64,000 nucleotides of DNA from NCBI RefSeq assembly GCF_009914755.1, contig NC_060935.1, one strand, 5' to 3'. How positions within the stretch are numbered: the first letter of the stretch is position 1; each line of letters opens with the position of its first letter. Under the pieces are notes generated by a model. That model was not told where the DNA came from, made no database searches, and saw nothing but the letters and a program-made list of their open reading frames with translations. Shown here one piece after another: positions 55,733 to 64,000 of this stretch. Both the position numbers and the translations under genes were made by a program. The DNA is from the human T2T-CHM13v2.0 reference genome, Homo sapiens.

Positions 55733-56087
55733 TGTCTTAGTCCATTCGAGCTGCTATGACAACACCATAGACCGGGTGGCTTATAAACAACATAATTGAT
55801 TTCTTACAGTCTCGAGGTTGGGAAATTCACAATCAAGGCACTGGCGAGTTCAGTGTCTGGCAAGGGCTCGCTTCCTGGTTTATAGACAGCTGTATGCTCA
55901 CTGTGCCCTCACATGGCAGAAGGGGTAAAGGGAGCTCTCTGGAGCCACTTTCAAATCCCATTCATGAGGATTCTTCCATCGTGACCTAATCACCTCCCAA
56001 AAATCACCACCTTCTAATACTATCACCTTGGGGGTTAGGATTCTAACATAGGAATTTTAAGGGGACACAAATATTCAGTCCTTGGCA
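55733..56087 (-). mobile_element. MLT1A0 solo LTR with 5-bp TSD GGAGG
   Basis: tgtcttagtccattcgagctgcta...accatagaccgggtggcttataaacaac...attcagtccttggca; ggagg at 55728-55732 and 56088-56092. Confidence 0.92.
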
Positions 56088-57282
56088 GGAGGCTTTCCAT
56101 CCATCTGTCCAGTCAACCATCCATCATTCATTGACGTGTGTCTAACATGTGTCATCACTGTGTTTTAGATACAGATGACACAGTGTGGTGGGGGAGATGG
56201 ATGTGTGACAAAATGCAACCCCGTGGAGTAAGTTCTGTGACTGATGCACTTTCACCAGACAGCTGGAGACACAAGGGAAAAAGCTCCACGGGGAAGGAGA
56301 GGGGGGCTCTGGAGGGCTCCACAGAGGCTATGATGCTTGAGCCAGGTCTTAAAGGATAATTAAACATGATGAAATCTTTGTTCTTGGGTGTCTTTAAAAA
56401 TAAATGTAGGTGCAAGTTGTTGGTTTGCATGAATTTAAAAATAAATACATAAGAATAAGAATAAATGTAGGGAAAGATTCAGGTGACCTCTGGGCCAAAG
56501 GCAGGGGCTGGAGAAGAGGACTCAGAGCGATCCTCTAGATCTGCAGGGTGAACCCTGGAGGGCGTGTGCATGCTTGTTTGCACACATGGCTGGGTGTGGG
56601 TTCTGGTACCCCTCAGGGAGCAGGAATGGGAGGAGGACTGGAGAACAGGAGACTTTGCTCAATCTTCTCAGGCTTCCTCTGTCCCTGGGTCCAATCAGAG
56701 AGAGAGAGAAAAGCCTGGGGCTCACAGATGATGGACACGTTTTTTGGAGGAGAGCGACAGGCGAATGGCATGGAGAGCAGCAGGAGCGATTTGGGCAGGT
56801 ATTGCTCCCTCAACTCCCATCTACAGCTGCGTCTCGGGAGACAGGGGCTGGTGACCTGGCTGGCCAATAGACTGGCAGTGGTCAGAAGTGATTTTCCTCT
56901 CCTACTATCTCTGTCCGCCCTCCAGAGGCAGGGCCTGTCCTGGAGGAGGGAGGATCTGAGTAGTTTACTCCTCCCTGAGAAGCAGGTGTAAAGGCAGGCC
57001 TGGGCCCAAGGAGGAGTAGAGGCAAAGCGTTGCTAACCTTCTGCTCCTTTTGGTGTGGTTCAGAAGTCATTTCCCAGCTGGCTTCTAGGAAGCTGCCAAT
57101 CTCTTGCTAACAAAGACAGCTCGGGGAAGGGCCAGCTCAGCCCTTAGCAGGCTCAGGGCCACAGGGGAGCTGCTGGCTGCCCAGAGGTAGGGGCAGCCTT
57201 TGCTACTTGCTAACAGGTGTGTAGATGGGGACTAGGAGGACAAAGACTTAATCAAAGAGGTTAACGGGGGTCGTTGTTCACC

Positions 57283-57326
57283 TGAGTGCACAGCTCTAGT
57301 GAGTACACAGCTCTAGTGAGTACACA
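57283..57326. repeat. 17-bp tandem repeat (about 2.6 copies)
   Basis: tgagtgcacagctctag tgagtacacagctctag tgagtacaca. Confidence 0.9.
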
Positions 57327-57869
57327 TAGATATGGGAAGGCAGAGAGGAGAGGAGGGGGGAGGAAACTCATGCTCAGTGCTGTTTCTCCTGTAAGGGAGG
57401 GGTCACTGCAAGTGTTTGGAAAAGACAGGCGATCCCTAAACCTGGTGTTAGAGTAACATTTTCAAACTTAAAAAATATATTTTAATGCCCAGTGGATCTG
57501 ATGTTCATTCAGTTCTCCCAGGAGCCCTGCAAGAAGGTATTCTTACCAGTTAGCCCTCTTTACAGGTGGAAACACCATGGCACAGAGGGATTCATTTGAC
57601 CAAAGTTGCATAGCTAGCAAGAAGTGGGGGCAGAACTCAGGCTTTGGAGTCTTCTGGCTCCAAAGCCCACGTGCTTTGCAACCACACCGTGCCCAGCCCT
57701 TAGAGGATTCTGGGAATCCGGAGCCTTCCTCAGGTTCGCCAGGAAGCCCTGGTGGGGAGGAACCAGAAACATGTGCTTCCTTCATCCAAGGTGGCAGAGC
57801 ACAAGGTGGGTGAGCCAGAACATGCGAGTGGCACGCCCTCAGCAAGTGCACAAAGGAAAACTAAATGTT

Positions 57870-60860
57870 TACATTTATTTTTAACTATAGGAGGTATATA
57901 TAGTTATATTTTAAAAATACACATAGTACTGATAAAGCCTAAGTGTTCCCTTTCTCGCTCCTTCCCAGCCCCCTTCCTAGTGGTGACTAGGGAATGACTG
58001 AAGCCTCACAGACAGCTGCCTATGCATTTTACATACACATACAAATAGAAACATGTAGGATCTTTTGTTTGTTTTTTATGTAAATGTTAAAATGTGGTAC
58101 ATATGGTTTGCAATTTGCTCTTTTCACTTAAAAATATGACTTGGAGCTATTTCAATTCCACTACCTATAGATCTGCCTCATTTTTATCTGCTAAATAGTA
58201 TTCTATTATGTATGTATATGTATGCATTTGTATATACATATGTCTGTATGTATCTTTAATTATTTTCCCCTCTTGGACATTTGAGTCACTACTAGAAACA
58301 ATATAATGAAGAACATCTTTGTCAGCGCTTTTCTGTAAACATAAAGGAGTATTTCTCTAGGATAGACATGAAATGAAACTCCTGGCAGAATTAGTTGAGT
58401 AATGGTATATTTAATTTGAACAAATACTCTTTGCCAATTTACAGTCCCAACAGCGTATCAAACTTCCCATTTCTCCACACTCCCTGGAGCCCTGATTATT
58501 ACCAATATTATAATTTTGACCAAAATAAAATATATGATTTAATTTGAATTTCCCTAATTTTAGTAAGCATTTTCATACTTACTAAAAATTACATACACTC
58601 ACTGCTTATTTATGCATCCTCTTCTATGAATTCCATGCTCATTTTTTTTTGCCTATTCTTATCATTTTGTAGAAACTCTTTCTATACCCTGGATATTGAT
58701 TTATATGTGTTGTGCATGTTTCATCTATTTCTCCCAGTCTTTAAATTATTTTTCAGTTGTTCTTATAGGGTTTTTGTTTGTTTGTTTGTTTGTTTTGGTT
58801 AGACAGAAACAATTTTGGCAGTCAATGTATCCATTTTTTTATTTATGGGCTTATTTGTGTGTGTGTCTCCTTAAGAAGGTCTTCTCTATCCCAAAGTTTA
58901 AGTGTATTTTCTTCTAACAGTTTTATAGTGTTCACCTCTCTTACGTAGCTCTTTAGTCAATTTGAAATTTATTTTGTGAATGGTGGGAAATAGGGCCCCA
59001 ATGTATTTTTTTCCAAGTAGATAGCTTTGGAGCCATTATTGCTGGCCCACTTCTTGTTTATTCCTCCCTTCCCTGTCTTTTCATTTAGGCTTTCACCTTG
59101 TGCCCATTTATCCCTCAGGCTTTAGGGCTGGGCTTTATTGGTTTAAGGGTAATCCCATATACCTCGCCTAAACATCAGAGCATGGCATGAAGTTGGTCAC
59201 GGTGATTAGTTCAGGATCAGTGCATGACCCAGTTAGGGTGGGGGCAAGTTTACTGAGTGCATCTGGGAAAAATATTTTGCTTACTGCTAAAAGATGATCC
59301 CTGGGGAAGAGCAGAGACCCGCTTCCTTCCTTTGGGCATGATGCTTTGTAGATGTGGATCCAGGAGCTGCCATGGCTCTTTTGCCACCATGAAAGAAGCC
59401 CGCCTGAGGGGGAGGCTCATGTATAGAGGGTCCTGGCTATGCATGAAACTTCAAGGGATGGAGCCAGGGCCATGGATTAGGGCAGTCTGGAAGCCTCATT
59501 ACCTCTTTATCTGTCTTGGCCTTCCTTACATGAGCAATGTTATTTTCTTATTATTAAAGCCTGGTTGAGTCAAGTTCTCTGTTATGGGCAGCAGGCAGCA
59601 GTGACTAAACTGATATAACAAGTAACTGCTCCTGTGCTATCTATAGATGGTCCAACACTTGGTCATTAATTAGAAATGCTATCATATACTCCTGTACACA
59701 CATGATCTGTTTCTTATCTGTTTGTCTATTCTTAGGCTAACGTCTTGCTGTTTTAATGACTATGGTTTATGTAATTGTAATATATTTTATGCTGGTTGGG
59801 TAAATCCTTCTTCATCATTCTTCTTTTTCAACATCTGCCTGGCTATTCTTGTTCCCTTTCTCTTCCAGATGAATTTAAATTACCTGCATTAAGTTCCATA
59901 AAATTGTGCTGGGATTTTGACAGAGGTTGCTTTGAATCTGGGGAGAACTGACGTCTTTACAATGTTGATATTTCCCATCTAGGAATATTAGATGTCTCAC
60001 CATTTATTTAGATCCTCTTATGTGATACTCAGTAGAGTTTTATAGTTTTTCTATAAAAGTTTCGTTCATATTTTATTGGGTTTATTCCTTGGGACCTTAA
60101 AGGCATTTGTTGTTATTATTTGTTCTTTTTTTACGTTTGAATGTATCTATTTTTAATTGGTGGCATGGAGGGAAGCTTTGAGTTTTGGTTGTTGCTCTGT
60201 TAACTCTACCACTGCGCTGGAATCTTATTATCTAACAGTCTGTCATTTCTTTCCGCTGGATTTCATAGAAGATGATCATATAATCTGAAAATAATAGTTT
60301 TCTCTTCCATTCTTCTTTTTCTTCTCTTAAATCGTGCTGGATAGGAGGGGCATCGCTATATTGTTTCCAGACAGAATGGGAAATGTTTCCAAGGTTTTTC
60401 TGAATGTTATATAATTAAGACAGCTTAATTTTCCTTCCTGCTTTGTTGAGGCATCTTTTAAAACAGGAAAAGTATATAGAATTTTATCAAATGTTTCTTG
60501 ATGTGTAGTGACATAACCATATAGAATTTTCCTTTATCATCCAGTGGCCTATTTTAATATATATTATAATGTTGAATTAGCCTGTGTTACTGGGATAAAG
60601 TAATCCCTGGCGAACCCTCCAAGTTTCCTGCCCAGCCGGCGCCCTCTCTTTACATCAGCCTCCCCCTCAGGTGGGCTTCCCTCATGGTGGCAAAAAAGCC
60701 ATGGCAGCTCCTAGATCTACATTTACAAACTGCTTATGAGATTCTGTTCTTTTAATGCATTGCTTATTCTATTATGCTACTATTCTCATGTGGATCTGGG
60801 CAGCTGTATTCAAATGGGGGATGAGTCTGTGGTTTTGTTTTTGGGCCTTCCTTGTCTGGT
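57870..60860 (-). mobile_element. Old L1M (ME-like) 3'UTR/ORF2 fragment with nested insertions
   Basis: T-rich antisense L1: ttgctcttttcactta...cctggctattcttg...gggattttgacagaggttgc...gagaactgacgtctttacaatgttga...gggataaa. Confidence 0.8.
59040..59620 (+). mobile_element. MLT1 (J/K-type) LTR nested in L1M
   Basis: ttggtcacggtgattagttcagg...catgaccca...ggagctgccatggc...ttaaagcctggttgagtc...ctgttatgggcagc. Confidence 0.7.
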
Positions 60861-60994
60861 TCTTCTGCCTTACTGGTCACTGCTTCTCAGTCCCTTAGGC
60901 TGGCCCCTGACCCAGCCCCCATCGTGGCTCAGGCCTCTGCCTCCTCTCCTCTCCTCTCTCTCCCCAATCCCAGTTGGTGTCCCCCAGACCTGTG

Positions 60995-62237
<1,243 letters not shown>

Positions 62238-62689
62238 AACAATTTTTCTCTTGCATTTATGGGTTGACTTTTATGCCAAACAATGTCATTTGTGTGTACA
62301 TGTGAATACTTAACTTTAAAATTGTTTGTAATGAAAACAGAGAGATAATTATTTTTGACCATTTTGTTACTTTTTTTCCCCACAAATGCGAAAACTGAAG
62401 TCCAGAGAGCCTAAGGCATTTCTTAAGGTCAGGAGCCAGTTGATGGCCAAGCTGGGCTAGAATCTGTCCACACTGTAGACCTGAGGGACTTTCAGAGTAC
62501 CAGAGGCTAGGGAGCTGCTGGAGCTGGAAGCTTGGATTGAGTGGGTTACACAGACCCTACGACCTGTCCTCTTTTACCTCCTGTCTTACTTTCTTGGAGA
62601 TAAGTGATTTGACAGAAGACATTAGTAAGAGCATGGCCATAAAAATTGGCTTCGTCATCAGCTGTTGACTTTGGGCACTTGTAAAAGGA

Positions 62690-63208
62690 GTCACTCCTAT
62701 CTCCTGCATGTTGGCCACCTGCTGCCTACCTCTCTAGGTCTACTCTCTACCTGCTCTGCCCCTGGCCCCACACCCAAGGCTTCCCCAGCTGGATGGCATC
62801 AGTGAGCTCCCTTGCTCTCTGGCTTCTGTCTGTGTCAGGCCAGTGGGTAGCACCAGCAGAACATGGGGGAGAGAAAAACAGGAAAATTGGGGATTTATTT
62901 CCCTAATTCTTTCCCTGCAGCGTCCTCATAAGCAGGCTGCATCCCTGGATCAGACAGCCCTCCCCAGGCTCCCCAGCCCTCCCCAGAGACCTCCCCTGCT
63001 GGTCTCTGCAGGGGCAGTACCTGCTCCTTCTCTTGCCCCTCCAGGCCCACGGTGGGGGGGTAAGGGCCCTGCTGTTGCCAGGCAAGGACAGGACACTACC
63101 TTTGGCTGGTTTCCTTAGACTCCACCCACACCTTTGTAAACATTTCTAAACTCTCTTCATAGTGTGGGGTGTGAGTGTGTCATTGTCCCCTAGGGTCCCT
63201 GTCTGCCA
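62690..63208 (+). mobile_element. LTR33-like ERVL LTR
   Basis: ttgcccctccaggccc...ctgctgttgcc...cccacacctttgtaaa...aaactctcttca...tgagtgtgtcat. Confidence 0.7.
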
Positions 63209-64000
63209 CCATGGATGAATAAGGGAGCTTACGTGGCTGGCGCAGTCCATTACAAAGCAGGGGCTTTCCAAGTGTTCATTCCTCTTCTTCCCAACTAGGA
63301 GAACAGAAAGGGTCTGTCAAAAGACATGACCTGGGAGATGAGCTCTCAGTTGGGGACCCCAGCCCTATGGCAAACGTAAGCATCTGCAGATCACAGATGC
63401 CCCTCTTTGTCCTCACCCATTTCCTGCAGGGCTGCCATCCATGGGGTGACCCAATCAGACAACCCCAGTGCTGGTGGCTCCTGAACACTGGGGCTGGTCT
63501 TAGAGCATGAGGTGTGTGGTGAGGGTGCCAGGTGGGAGGTGGGCAGGGGAGTGCCGGGGGACTTCCTACAAACCTGCTCCTCAGCTTTTCTGTCATTTAG
63601 CACCTCTGGTCCTCCTGGCCTCCCCAGGCCATGCCCAGGCCGAGACACAGCTACTCCTCCCCACTCTACCAGCAGCCTGCAGCCTCCGTCCATGCCCTGG
63701 GCTGGCGGCGGGAGAAAGCGCTGTCAGATCGCATCATGTCAGTGCTCCAGCTAGAACTCCAGCTGGGCCGAGTGACCTTGTAGGTTTTGAGGAACACGGG
63801 CAGCTGGGAAACAGAGGAATGGACTGGCCAAATTTGTACCATCTTCCCAGCTGGAGGGAGGTGGGAGCCGGGCCTCTTCTGAGCTCCAGCTCCTCCGTCT
63901 CACAGTTGCTGTTTGGGTCTGTCCCTTCAGCAACCTGGCCACAGCTGGGTGTGAGATTAGACTTTAGCGTGGCTTTTCTCATTCTGCGAGCTCCAAGGAA

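Overview
Non-coding primate DNA, most likely human given a near-pristine AluYa-lineage insertion. It is moderately GC-rich and CpG-depleted, either intergenic or deep intronic. I recognise no protein-coding exon, RNA gene, CpG island or CRISPR array. The ORF track is explained by chance ORFs and repeats; the only protein-like signals are a decayed CR1/L3 reverse-transcriptase remnant and LINE-1 ORF2 pieces. Most of the window is transposon debris: about 12 Alu/FLAM/FRAM copies, two 5'-inverted L1s, old L1M, L2, L3, MIR, MLT1/MST/LTR16/LTR33 LTRs and hAT MITEs. Several unique, motif-dense blocks that look like enhancers lie between them. Four observations stand out: (i) three ~110-130 bp local copies (two direct, one inverted, ~90% core identity), each interrupting an old LINE 0.7-1.2 kb from its template; (ii) a twin-primed L1PA inside an L3; (iii) a young AluYa-type insertion in the target-site duplication (TSD) of an older Alu; (iv) a MER53 hairpin with matched changes in both arms. 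Subfamily names come from recalled consensus sequences, and boundaries of old repeats are approximate. I could not identify the locus, and I found no evidence of a new gene system.
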